Below, in pieces: positions 26,041-36,500 of a stretch of DNA of 64,000 nucleotides. Position 1 is the first letter of the stretch, and each line of letters begins with the position of its first letter. A program made the position numbers and the translations under genes. The notes under the pieces were generated by a model. That model was not told the origin of the DNA, did not search any database, and was given only the letters and a program-made list of their open reading frames with translations. The stretch comes from a virus (Duplodnaviria; Heunggongvirae; Uroviricota; Caudoviricetes), in the IMG/VR virus record IMGVR_UViG_3300020057_001228, positions 1-64,000 of that record; one strand, given 5' to 3'.

Positions 26041-26415
26041 AGTGCGAAAGCACGGAGTGAGTATTGGCAAATAAGTGTCTAAACATGGGCGGTGCCACCT
26101 TACCCCCATACCACCTCCACCTACCTACTAGCTATTTCTAAGCACACTTGTAGCCACATGTCAGTAACCTAGATTCATAGCATTAGCCCCACTTTAGTGT
26201 CTACTGCCACCCCGTACATTGTACTAAAGTGTCATACTCGTCTGCTGAAACCCACGTTACGCCTACATCATAGCCTTTGTGTACATCGGTGCCTCCCAGC
26301 TAAAAACAGAGGTGCACCACAACAAGTACTAACTGTACTGTGTAATACACCTCTAGTTTTCATTATGGGTAGCTCCTGAGCGACTCAGGAATCCTGCTAC
26401 ACATAAAAATAGCGG

Positions 26416-26632
26416 TTACGCTGCCCACACCAGGTCTTCATCCCGTATGACTTTGTTGGTCATAGCGGAGCTTGATGAGACGGTGCGTTCTTGCGTATGC
26501 CATGGATCAGTCACTGTAATAGAGTTCCCTACAATGGATTCGAGTACCCAAGTCTCCTTGGATCCTTCGAGCATGATTTCTGAGTTGATGTGCTTCGATA
26601 GTTCATCGTATGGAATGTGGACTGCTAAAGTC
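26416..26632 (-). CDS. hypothetical small protein (start probably MTLAVHIPYDEL)
   Basis: Track ORF 26416..26712 would overlap tRNA-Met, so internal start assumed. Confidence 0.3.
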
Positions 26633-26682
26633 ATAGCGTCCTCTCTACTCTCTAGGCAGTGATGCCTGTCTAATGGTGTACT

Positions 26683-26754
26683 GGGGGTGGCTGGAATTGA
26701 ACCAGCGACCAACGAATTATGAGTTCGCCGCTCTAACCACTGAGCTACGCCCCC
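26683..26754 (-). tRNA. tRNA-Met/fMet/Ile2 (CAT), no encoded CCA
   Basis: RC GGGGGCG-TA-GCTC-AGTGGTTA-GAGC-G-GCGAA-CTCATAA-TTCGT...GCTGG-TTCAATT-CCAGC-CACCCCC-A (one acceptor mismatch). Confidence 0.75.
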
Positions 26755-26901
26755 ACGAATATTAAAGACAACAGACCAAGTAGCGCGCCTGCCTGTTGCC
26801 CATTGATCCGGCTAAACATCTACAGCTTACACGCCTTCATCCATAGACATCTTTTTTGGGTGATCTGGAGGCGTAGTGCCTCTCCCGCAGCCAGATTGCT
26901 T

Positions 26902-26978
26902 TGGTACCCCGTACTGGACTCGAACCAGTGACCGTGGGATTAGAAATCCCATGCTCTATCCAGCTGAGCTAACGAGGC
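26902..26978 (-). tRNA. tRNA-Arg (TCT), CCA-encoded
   Basis: RC GCCTCGT-TA-GCTC-AGCTGGATA-GAGC-A-TGGGA-TTTCTAA-TCCCA-CGGTC-ACTGG-TTCGAGT-CCAGT-ACGGGGT-A-CCA. Confidence 0.8.
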
Positions 26979-27315
26979 AAAGATTGGTGCTGGGCCCCAC
27001 CCAGACTTTAGGGCTGCCTAACAGCAGCTTTGGGTACCCACAGCTACGCCACTCTAACCAAGTGGTTTCAGCGCTGTTATTTTAACGCGATGGGTAGCTA
27101 ATCCCACCGGCCTGCTAACCGTGCAGGAACAGAGTAGGTCATGCCGTGCACAACATTCCCCACTAAAGAATACACCCTCTACTGCGGATAGAGAGACCAT
27201 CTCCGACTAATCGGGGTGATCATGTGGTGTACTCATTAGTAGGGAATGCCCGCTGCTCAGTATCCCGAGCTTTGGGCACCCCATAGGGCCCAGCATTACT
27301 GCCGGTATGTCTGCA

Positions 27316-27927
27316 CTAATCCTTTGGGAACAACGCGTTCCAGAGACGCTTGGCCAGGCCAGGTCCCTTCTTGTTGGATTTGTGCATTCTCTTGTTGGCC
27401 ATCGGACGAACCGATACGGCATGATCCACACCACCGTAGATCAACGGATCCACTTCCACACGGACGATGGTGTCTTGGTTGATGTACATGAACGGGTGGA
27501 TCGGGGTCTCTTCACCTGACCGCTTGTCGACCAGAGGCTTGTCTTTCGCACGCGAGGACAGGCCAGTGGACTCCACCTGCAGATCATAGCCCTTGACCAG
27601 CAGCTCGCAGGCCGGGTGATCGTAGCCGAGGTGGATGTTGGACTTGATCTTGTGGGTGAAGGGTTGCAATGCCCAGTCACCATCGATGTCCAGAACGTCA
27701 GGAGTGCTGACACAGTACACGTCCACCAGAGCAGACATGTTGGTCTCCCACTCACTCACGTGGAGCACCTTGACGACGTACTTCTTCAGCACGACACCAT
27801 GACCTACGGGAACGACTTGTTGGATGGCATCGGTCTGCTGTTGCACAACCTCAGCCGCCTTCGTAACCGCCCCACCCATGTAGGTGGGAGCAGAAGCGGG
27901 GATGACACTGATCATATCGCTGTCCAT
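27316..27927 (-). CDS. hypothetical protein (203 aa), first gene of high-GC island
   Basis: Clean ORF; GC shift begins here. Confidence 0.5.
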   Translation of the reverse strand: MDSDMISVIPASAPTYMGGAVTKAAEVVQQQTDAIQQVVPVGHGVVLKKYVVKVLHVSEWETNMSALVDVYCVSTPDVLDIDGDWALQPFTHKIKSNIHLGYDHPACELLVKGYDLQVESTGLSSRAKDKPLVDKRSGEETPIHPFMYINQDTIVRVEVDPLIYGGVDHAVSVRPMANKRMHKSNKKGPGLAKRLWNALFPKD

Positions 27928-28029
27928 CGTAAAATCCTCCTGGGATTATCTATAGGCGGTTACTTTTGTAAGACGAGTAGGGGATAACTACGAGAGCACT
28001 GTCTCTTCATCCCCCAACACGTCGTTTGG

Positions 28030-28548
28030 TTAGCTTACGGCTACCAGCTCGTCCACGTTGATCACTTCCGTGATCTCTGCTTCGTCTGTAGCTGCGCCGA
28101 CACCCTTGGCCACGTTGTTCTTGAGTTTGAGGTAGTCGATAGCTGTTGATGCACGACCCGAGATCGTTTCCTCGATGACCTTGATCATCGTTTGTAGAGG
28201 CTTGTCTTCAAAGGTTGATTTGCCATCCCATACCGCCGGTCCGACTCCACAGAAGTAGATCGTACGACCAGGGGTGAATGAGATTTCCTCATTCTGCTTG
28301 ATGTAGCCCTTCTCCTGATACTCACGGGTCGTTTCCGAACCGAGCTTATCGAGGACAAGATGATCGCCCTGCAGACGGAAGCAAACGTGTGTCCACGTTT
28401 CTAACGGCTCCAGGTCTTCAATGCCACCACCGTTGATAGCCATCTCACGCACTTGCACGATGACTTTGACGGTTGCGGTATCTTTGTACTTGGCGACCTT
28501 TTTGATCACACCCGAGAACAGAGGAAGAGGCTTCTGCTTGGACATCAC
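28030..28548 (-). CDS. hypothetical protein (172 aa)
   Basis: Clean ORF. Confidence 0.5.
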   Translation of the reverse strand: MMSKQKPLPLFSGVIKKVAKYKDTATVKVIVQVREMAINGGGIEDLEPLETWTHVCFRLQGDHLVLDKLGSETTREYQEKGYIKQNEEISFTPGRTIYFCGVGPAVWDGKSTFEDKPLQTMIKVIEETISGRASTAIDYLKLKNNVAKGVGAATDEAEITEVINVDELVAVS

Positions 28549-28590
28549 TTTTAGTTACTCCTAATGTGGCCATAGGTGTATTGGTGATGA

Positions 28591-28950
28591 CTAGATGAGA
28601 CCTAAGAGTTTCTGTTGAATCTCTGTTGGTATCTTTGTCATTCCGAGCAGGTATAAGGCTATGTCCGACATTGCGTCGGGGTGCTGCATAGCTGCGTGAT
28701 TGTAAGACAACCACGTAACTAACCAGACCCATTTACTGATTGCACGTTGGTCCACCAGCTCGACTAGCTCACGCATGAGAGGGTCTTTGTCTACGACATC
28801 TAGGTCGGATTCACCAACCTCTTTGTAGACCCCTATTGCGGTAGCTAGCCGATGACCGATGTACCTAGCTTCAAGGGCAGTAAACGGCTCTTGGCCACGC
28901 CTTTTCAATTGTTTGTATGCTTCGTCTCGTAGTACTGCGAAATTAACCAC
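28591..28950 (-). CDS. hypothetical protein (119 aa)
   Basis: Clean ORF. Confidence 0.45.
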   Translation of the reverse strand: MVNFAVLRDEAYKQLKRRGQEPFTALEARYIGHRLATAIGVYKEVGESDLDVVDKDPLMRELVELVDQRAISKWVWLVTWLSYNHAAMQHPDAMSDIALYLLGMTKIPTEIQQKLLGLI

Positions 28951-28994
28951 GTATCATCCTCTGTTCATTACGGGTTTAGGTAAACCCCGCTGAA

Positions 28995-30215
28995 TCAGTG
29001 GATAAACATTGCAGTCATCACGCCGGACATTCCTGTGTAGTAGATCAGCACTGGGCCTATCATGGAGACCATGAGAGCTTGATTGGGTACAAACCACTTC
29101 TTGGCTTGTGAACTGATTAACCAGGCAGAAACGAATACGATAAGCCCACTCACCCCGCACGTGTACCAAATGGTAGACACGGTCCAGGCGAACAGACCCA
29201 TCGCTACAATCTTTTGTGGAACCTGGCGGATGACCATTCTGTAGGGATCATGGATCCTGTTCAGAACAGCCGTACCCGCCCATATGCCTAACATCATGAC
29301 GATGAGGCATATCATAGCTCCAAAGACATCCACAGCTGGGGCTGCTTCTGCTACTGCAGCTGCTACACCAGACCGTGTACTTCCGATAAGAGTAAATGAC
29401 AGCAAAGCAAACATGTTGTTGCTGGCATCCCCTGCAGACCCCAGCAGTAGCATCTCTTCTTCGTCCATATCACTATGGCGTGCCAGAGACACTAGACTGC
29501 TGGTGCCTACACCGGCGAGGAAGCCTGTCACCATGCCCAGAAACGCTCCTGTTGGGGAGGCATCCGTGTCATCGTTCCAGTCATTCCTACGATCCGCTTG
29601 GGGCTCCCTGGAAGCCTTTGAAGTCATCATGCCATATGCAGCAGGAGCCATAAACAATCCGCCCAGCAAAGGGAGCATTGTCCACGGTGATCCTACCATC
29701 GCTGGGATATTGAAGGTCATGAACCCTAATAGCCCAGCACACAGGCAAATGACGACAGTTCGTATCGGTCGCGAGGACTTACCTACAGTGATCAGTATTA
29801 CTAATCCCAGCACATAAGGACTGACTACCTTTACGATTCGATTGATACCACCTGCGGCATCTAACCCCAGAAGGGCTAGAACAACGAAGATGATTCCAAC
29901 AAACAGGATCATGAAGGCTGACTGATGAACAGCATCCTTATGAAGCCTGACTACTGCCTGACCGAAGCCCATATGGGCGAGTTTGGTAGCTACGTCACTA
30001 TTTGCCAGCATATCGTTGCTGACAGGTTGATAGGCCGCATGCAGAATACTCAGCACACTTCCCATACCAACACACATAGCTGCCGTAGCGATGGACCCAT
30101 CACTCCCTAAGGAGAGCCATGGTAACACCATCATAAGAATAAGAGCCGCGTGAACACCTGGGAGCAGGCTCAGGAGGCTTATAACAAAGCCTAAGCCCAC
30201 TCCTACGATGATCAT
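28995..30215 (-). CDS. polytopic membrane protein (about 10-12 TM), tentatively TctA/DUF112-like transporter
   Basis: Many hydrophobic helices with Gly-rich G-x-x-x-G-x-G repeats (VTGFLAGVGTSSLVSLA); start taken at MIIVGVGLGF because upstream part overlaps next gene. Confidence 0.5.
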   Translation of the reverse strand: MIIVGVGLGFVISLLSLLPGVHAALILMMVLPWLSLGSDGSIATAAMCVGMGSVLSILHAAYQPVSNDMLANSDVATKLAHMGFGQAVVRLHKDAVHQSAFMILFVGIIFVVLALLGLDAAGGINRIVKVVSPYVLGLVILITVGKSSRPIRTVVICLCAGLLGFMTFNIPAMVGSPWTMLPLLGGLFMAPAAYGMMTSKASREPQADRRNDWNDDTDASPTGAFLGMVTGFLAGVGTSSLVSLARHSDMDEEEMLLLGSAGDASNNMFALLSFTLIGSTRSGVAAAVAEAAPAVDVFGAMICLIVMMLGIWAGTAVLNRIHDPYRMVIRQVPQKIVAMGLFAWTVSTIWYTCGVSGLIVFVSAWLISSQAKKWFVPNQALMVSMIGPVLIYYTGMSGVMTAMFIH

Positions 30216-30294
30216 CTCTTGACTCCCATGAATGCGAAGTACAAGACTCCACACATGAGAACAAAGCCCCCAACCATCATTCCATATGCCATGA

Positions 30295-30900
30295 TCATGA
30301 CCACGCCTCCACGATGAATATACCGTTGGGCATACGATACCCCTTGAGGGTGGAGCTTCGCATGACTTCATCTATCCACGTCTCCTGAACAAGTCCGTTA
30401 AAGACCCGTCCGTTGGCTACGAATTGGATGCTACGGATTCCCTTTGCAGAGACTCTTGGTAGCTTTATGATTTCATCAGTGCGAAACTCCACGCGGGTAC
30501 TGACTCCGCCAGGCTCAATCCCCTTGCTGTAGACGATGCCACCAGCTGGTAGGAGAAGGCGGAAGTCATTCTCTGATTGGAGGGTTACAGCCTTCTCACC
30601 AAGCATCTTGCCGGTGATAGAGACGTAAGCCCCGATGTGAGGGATACCAATCCCTAATGCTGGCCCTATGTAGGCTAGGACTTGCTCGTTGTCCACCTGC
30701 AGGGTTAGTACCTTGCCAGCTTCACGAGTCATCACAGCCTTGATCACAGTGCCATTGAAGGTAACCAGGCCAGGCTGAAGAGACGTCAAAGACATCCCAT
30801 CAACATGCTTGGGTACAGAGTATTGCCTATATGGCTCTCGGAGAGCTGAAAGGCCCATGAGGAGGATTAGCACGACTGCTATTTTGAGCATTGGGGCCAT
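30295..30900 (-). CDS. secreted protein (201 aa; signal peptide MAPMLKIAVVLILLMGLSA)
   Basis: N-terminal signal-like segment. Confidence 0.5.
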   Translation of the reverse strand: MAPMLKIAVVLILLMGLSALREPYRQYSVPKHVDGMSLTSLQPGLVTFNGTVIKAVMTREAGKVLTLQVDNEQVLAYIGPALGIGIPHIGAYVSITGKMLGEKAVTLQSENDFRLLLPAGGIVYSKGIEPGGVSTRVEFRTDEIIKLPRVSAKGIRSIQFVANGRVFNGLVQETWIDEVMRSSTLKGYRMPNGIFIVEAWS

Positions 30901-31508
30901 CCTTCCGCTTCATCTTCCTTTTGTACCGGCACGATGGGCACCGATCAGGAGGATGCTCTACTTGGTTCTGGTTCTTGGTGCGCATGAAACCACCACCGCA
31001 GTCGATGCAGGTAGTAGTCGGTGGCAATGAGACTTCCCGCTTCAGAGGAACAGGAGCTTCTTCAGCACCTTTGACGCTCAGCACACCTTGTCGTTCACGC
31101 TTGGGAAGTAGACCTTCAGGCCGCTTCTTGCGCATGACACAGTAGACCAGGTGAGCACTAAGGATCTCTTTGCCTTTGATGGGCTCATTGAAGCCGTTGT
31201 TGGGGTTCTGAGGTGTGTACAGGACTTCAGGTTCGGTACCTGTGATCCCACGCAACCCAGCAACAAACAACACCGCTGCCGTAGAACTACCAGGAGGAAC
31301 GAGAAGCACCCGACCAAACCGGGTCAGGTTAACATCTTTGTTGATGCGCCAGAGAGCAGTGATGACATCATCCTGCACTGACAAGGGATTGACACTCAAC
31401 CCATAGAGATAGGTGACCACCTCACCCGGAAGTGAGGCTATGAATCTCTGAGTGGCTTCACTGGGTTCATGACCCAGGAGAACGATTGTCCTCTGGATAT
31501 CATCCATG
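30827..31508 (-). CDS. hypothetical protein with Rossmann-like core and C-terminal Zn-ribbon (CIDC...CPSC)
   Basis: VLLVPPGSSTAAVLFVAGLRGITG segment; Cys4 cluster; start taken at MDDIQRT. Confidence 0.4.
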
Positions 31509-31532
31509 TGCGTTTCCTTTCGTAAGTTAGGT

Positions 31533-31742
31533 CTAAGACCCAACAGCTGCCTCAAATAAGGCGGTATAGATGTCCTGAGACATCTGGCTGATCTCATATG
31601 CGAGATCATTCTTGAAGCGTGCGGTGACGTCCCCATTGGACGCTAACCCGGCTGCAATGGTACACAGGTGCTTGAACTGACGTTCTTGACCTTCTGTCAT
31701 CTGATCAGTGATCTCACGCTCGTCTGGATCGAGGCCGGTCAT
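31533..31742 (-). CDS. hypothetical small (69 aa)
   Basis: ATGA coupling. Confidence 0.35.
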   Translation of the reverse strand: MTGLDPDEREITDQMTEGQERQFKHLCTIAAGLASNGDVTARFKNDLAYEISQMSQDIYTALFEAAVGS

Positions 31743-32131
31743 GAGAGTACCAATCCCTTCTTTGTGAGCAGGGCTTCATGTACCTTACGCATGGTGCTGT
31801 ACATGACCGTAGGATCGCATTTGATGATGCGCGAGAGAGTCTGACCCGTAACCACGTTGTTCAACGCTTGTGAGGCAGACTGGATGTTGTGGTGACCCTT
31901 ACCGATGAACTGGAGGATCTCACAACGTACCTGACGTTGGTAGTCCCGCTGACTGATCTCGATGGTGGGTAGTGGCTCATCCAATGTGAAGTTGATACCA
32001 ACCATGGCCATCTTCTTCAGGATGTATTCGTCGTTGTTCACGAACTCGATAACCTTACGGAGTTGCTCTTCAGGCCAGACACCTTCTGGCACCATCATGC
32101 AAACGCGTAGGTTGCTGGTAATTGGCTGCAT
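31739..32131 (-). CDS. hypothetical (130 aa)
   Basis: Clean ORF. Confidence 0.45.
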   Translation of the reverse strand: MQPITSNLRVCMMVPEGVWPEEQLRKVIEFVNNDEYILKKMAMVGINFTLDEPLPTIEISQRDYQRQVRCEILQFIGKGHHNIQSASQALNNVVTGQTLSRIIKCDPTVMYSTMRKVHEALLTKKGLVLS

Positions 32132-32246
32132 TGAGCGTTTGTCCTTTCAAAAGCTCCAGGTGATGCGACTTACATCCGCCAGGAGCACACAAAGCAGCTT
32201 GAGCTTTAGTAGAGGCAGGAGAATTAGAATCCCCCCGCCTCCAACC

Positions 32247-32552
32247 TCATGCGCTCTCGCTGGCTTCTGTTTCCTTGGGCTGAACCACGATCTGATGTTT
32301 GTCTTCGCATATGATGTGTATTTGCTTCGTCTTTCCGTGGGCTACCTTACGGACGCCACTATGATCACGAACATCAGAAATGATATCGGCCAGAGACAGA
32401 TCCTTACCGTGTTGGTCCACGAAAGGTCCCACCTCTAGCAAGTTGGCATCATGGCGTCTGCCAAGTGCTTTGATAAGTGTTGCCTCATCCATAGAGGACC
32501 CCCTTCCGCTCACTACGTTGAGCGTTGCAGCTAAAAAGGGTATCCACAGCAT
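32247..32552 (-). CDS. hypothetical (101 aa)
   Basis: Clean ORF. Confidence 0.4.
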   Translation of the reverse strand: MLWIPFLAATLNVVSGRGSSMDEATLIKALGRRHDANLLEVGPFVDQHGKDLSLADIISDVRDHSGVRKVAHGKTKQIHIICEDKHQIVVQPKETEASESA

Positions 32553-32601
32553 GCGGGATGCACACTATGGATACCCTTCAAGATCTCCCTAGCACCTGGT
32601 G

Positions 32602-33204
32602 CTAGAAGCCGGAGGCAGCGCCGCTCGACTGATGCCCGAGGACCTGTGCGGCACGTTGGGCATTCGCCACGGCCACCGGGTCGACCAGGCCTGCGCCGAT
32701 GCCCGCACCACCCTGCATGCCGGCGTGAAGCCGGACACCCTGGTTGAGTCGGGGCTGACGGACACGAACCGCGATCTCACCATCCATCGCGTCTTCGGCC
32801 GCATCGTACGGCTTGGAGTTGGTGATGGTGTCGATGGTGAAGTCGAATGTGTACCGGCTGAAGTCGACGTTGTCACGGTTCGTGAGCTTCGCCTCGGACA
32901 CGGCGGTGAGCCGCGCGTTGATGTTGCACAGGATCGGGAACTTGACGTCACGCAGGTTGCGCGCCGCCTCAGTCGTCAACCACCCCTGGGCCCAAATGGT
33001 CCCCGAGATGCTCTTGAAGTCGGACACTTCAAGCGTCTTGCTGTACGCCTCCATGTACTGCTCCAAGTCCACCTTCTTGAGGTAGGCCGCGGCCTGCTCC
33101 TCGGTGAGGGGGAACCGGATCAGGATGCCGCTGGAACCCGGAGGCGGATTGTCCGTCCGACGCAAGGCACCATTGACACGGGTCTGTTCGAAAAGCTGTC
33201 CCAT
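32602..33204 (-). CDS. hypothetical protein (200 aa) with Gly-rich C-terminus
   Basis: Very GC-rich ORF; antisense ORF 32599..33231 rejected. Confidence 0.5.
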   Translation of the reverse strand: MGQLFEQTRVNGALRRTDNPPPGSSGILIRFPLTEEQAAAYLKKVDLEQYMEAYSKTLEVSDFKSISGTIWAQGWLTTEAARNLRDVKFPILCNINARLTAVSEAKLTNRDNVDFSRYTFDFTIDTITNSKPYDAAEDAMDGEIAVRVRQPRLNQGVRLHAGMQGGAGIGAGLVDPVAVANAQRAAQVLGHQSSGAASGF

Positions 33205-33516
33205 GGTAAGCTCTCTTTCTTTTGTTCCTGAGGTCAGTATTACCGTATGGTAGCTCTGCGCTCTCGGCCGCAGCAGGCCGCTTGTCTCAACTATGTGGGG
33301 TTAGGCGTATCAGCCTGTAGCACCCACCTCTGAGAACAAGAATCATCTATTGGTATGCTGCATTAGCACACCGTATCAACAATGATCATCTACTGGTAGG
33401 CAGCATTCGCAGCATTAAGGTAAGTTCGAGAGCGGGTGGCGCTCTGAGGCACAGTCAAGAATAAAGGGAGCTTTCGCTCCCCCTATTCTCAGTTAGCTCG
33501 CAGCAAAGCTACGATC

Positions 33517-36500
33517 TTACCACTCGTCTTCACCCCACGACACGTCATCGTCCTCTTGTGCCTCAGTGTCCATCAGGTCACCGATCAGCGTGTTCACCGT
33601 ACCGAGCTGCTTGCTAACCAGCCGGCAGAGGTTGTAGAGGAATGAATCATCGAAGCCATGAACCCGAGCCGATTGCTCCATCTCATCGCTGGCAACGATG
33701 ACACAGTCAGCAACAGCCTGGGACAGCTTCTTACGACCCAGCATCCATGCAACACGGAACAGCGGAGTCAGCATGTGGTAAGGCATTTCCTGACCGTACT
33801 TATCGTACACAGGAGCCTGCACAGTGGCTTCATCAGGTGCACCATGCTTGATGCTGCGGTTCAGGTGGTTGCCCACCTTGATGGCATGAGGGAGAAGGAT
33901 GTCGCCACTGGACTTGTAGCACTTCACCTCATTCATCGTGACCCGCAGGTTGGACATCATGCCGGTAACCACGTCGGTATCCCAGAGAGGCCAGATCCAG
34001 CTCTGCATGAACTTCTTGCAGGACTCACCAACTGGCTTGCCAGCGAGACCTTTGTGCTCATACAACCATGCGCCCAGCATCATCATACGAGGATTGGTCA
34101 GACCCAGTGCGTACTGGATAGAACCACCCTCCATGAGACGATAGGCAGTACCAGTCCACCACGTGTTGGCTTCAACGCCTTCACGGATAGTTTCAAACCA
34201 CTTGTCAGCGGTCATCTTCTTGGACTTGGCGATCATCTTGTCCGCGGTGTTATTCGGGGACACAGCCTCACTGAACATCAGCGGCTCATAGACCCTAGTC
34301 CCATCACTGAGGACTTCCTTGAGGGTCTCGATGTGCTCAGCATCGTTGCCAGGCCCGTAGGTAGCCAGGTTCATGTCACCCTTGGGCAACAGGGCTTCCA
34401 GCTCCACACGCAGCTCAGCAGCGATGTCACGAGTACCAATGTTCGTGATGGGGAAGATGCAACCAGTGTCACCATCAAAGTCACCCTGGTTAACACGACG
34501 CCACTTCATCTCGTTGGCCATCATCACGTGCAGGTTGACCTTATCGTTTAGCACGATAGTGGCAACGTAGCCCACGATAACGGGATGGCGCAGCACGTAC
34601 ACAGCCTTACCGTTGAGGTCAGCGACATTGCACTTGAACTTACGGGCGAGCCGCTTGGCAATCCGTGAGTCCGGGTGGATATGGATCTCTTCCATACCAA
34701 TGCCACGAGAAGCAACCATCTTACTGGTCACACCCCAACGAGTACCGTAGACCCGACCGAAGCCACCACTCTTGGCGAGCTTAGCAGCATCAATCTTGAC
34801 GGACTGCACCAGACCAGCAACGCTGTCAGGATTAGCAGTGACCAGCTTGAGACGCAGCGCAGGGTCTGCCATCACACGCACTAGACGTGCAACAGTCTCA
34901 CCCAGCCCAGTGAGGCCAGAACCCAGGCCATCAGGCGCCGTTGCCTGCAGGACCTTATCAGCATCAATAGCTGCTGCCAGCACACCATTGACGATGATAT
35001 TAACACCCTGAGGATACAACTCCTTGACCTTCTCCAACAGTTGGACATCGGTCATCGCAGGAGTATACTCACCATGCAGGTCGAGTACATCATCACGCTG
35101 GAGCAGCAGGTTAGTACCCAAGAGCAGGTACAAGAACTGTTCACCTGTAGCAATCTTAGCTGCATTGGGGAATGATCCCAAACCAGCCAGATAGCCAAGC
35201 AGATGAGTACGCCGCACCATGTCGGGCACAACGTACTGCTTCAGCAGATCCTTACCAGCCTTGGTGAAGCCCAGGAAGAGGATCTGGTACAGCGTCATTG
35301 CTGCACTACCCACGTTCTCCTGAACGCTGGAGCTCTCAATGAGGAACGTAACCTCACCCAGGATAGCGTTGTCATCCACTGTAGTGATAGTGCAGGTAGC
35401 ATCATCAAACGTGAACTTAGCCGCATACTCAGGCTTGTCGTAGATCTCCTTGGTCGTAGCGTACACAATGGGGTTGTACACACTGCTAACCTCGACACGA
35501 CCACGACCAGTCTCCTTGAAGCGCTTGCGAAGCTGCTTGGAGGACTTGATGAGACCGTCGCCAATGTGCAGGCCTTTGAACACCTGTCCATTGATGAGGA
35601 CCTGCACACCAGCAGCTTCGTTGGTCTGCATCATAGCTTTGACAGGTCCACGACCCTTGGCTGCACCCTTATCAGTAGCCTCGATCGTCACCGTGAGCAC
35701 GAATTCGTACTCCCCTGCAACGTTCTTGGAGGCACCATGCAAGCGCATGTTCTTAACCACCTCGATGACACGACCCTCAACAGCACCATCATCGGAAGAC
35801 CAGTTGATGATATTGCCATTGAAGTCAAGCACCGGTACCTTGACGTTGTCTTCGGGTTTAGCCTTAGCAACTTCGACAAGAGCCCCATTGGCCCGTTCGT
35901 CTGCCAGGTGAGCGATGGTGTTACCATCAGCATCAGTGGAGAACGTGATCAGATCGCCAACTGCAACCAGGATATGGGAGTTCTTGGCTTCCATGAACGC
36001 CATCTCGTGATCAGCAGCACTATAGCGGTGGCTACCACCGATGGTAACCAAGCGCTTACCAACAGCCTCATCGAGGATCTCAGCACCGATGTGAGCCTGC
36101 CCACACTGAGAGATAGGAGATACAGCATCAATGACACACGGGACAGTCATTGATCCGCAGTGAGACGCAGCAGAGCTCTTGAGCAGCCCCTTGATGTTGC
36201 TACCTGCGAACTCGATCTCAGTACCCACCAGCTTAATGCCGAGAGGTCCACCATCCGTAGCGAGGTCCGTGTAAGGGATACGCAACGGGAAGCTACCACG
36301 GTTGTCAGGGATGTACCACGCGGTGGCATCTAGAGCATCCATATAGCGGCAGATCTCCACAACGTTGGGGCGATTGCCACTCAGAGAACCACGACCAGCG
36401 TGGACCTTGCCACCACGGTCCATGAAGAGACCAACCACCCCAACGGAGTACTTGGTCTTAATCAGCAGACCATCCTCATCGAGCTCGTCACGCTCACGAG

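Noticed and set aside
26876-27085. 69-aa plus ORF
   Set aside because: Overlaps the minus-strand tRNA-Arg(TCT) gene at 26902-26978; no RBS.
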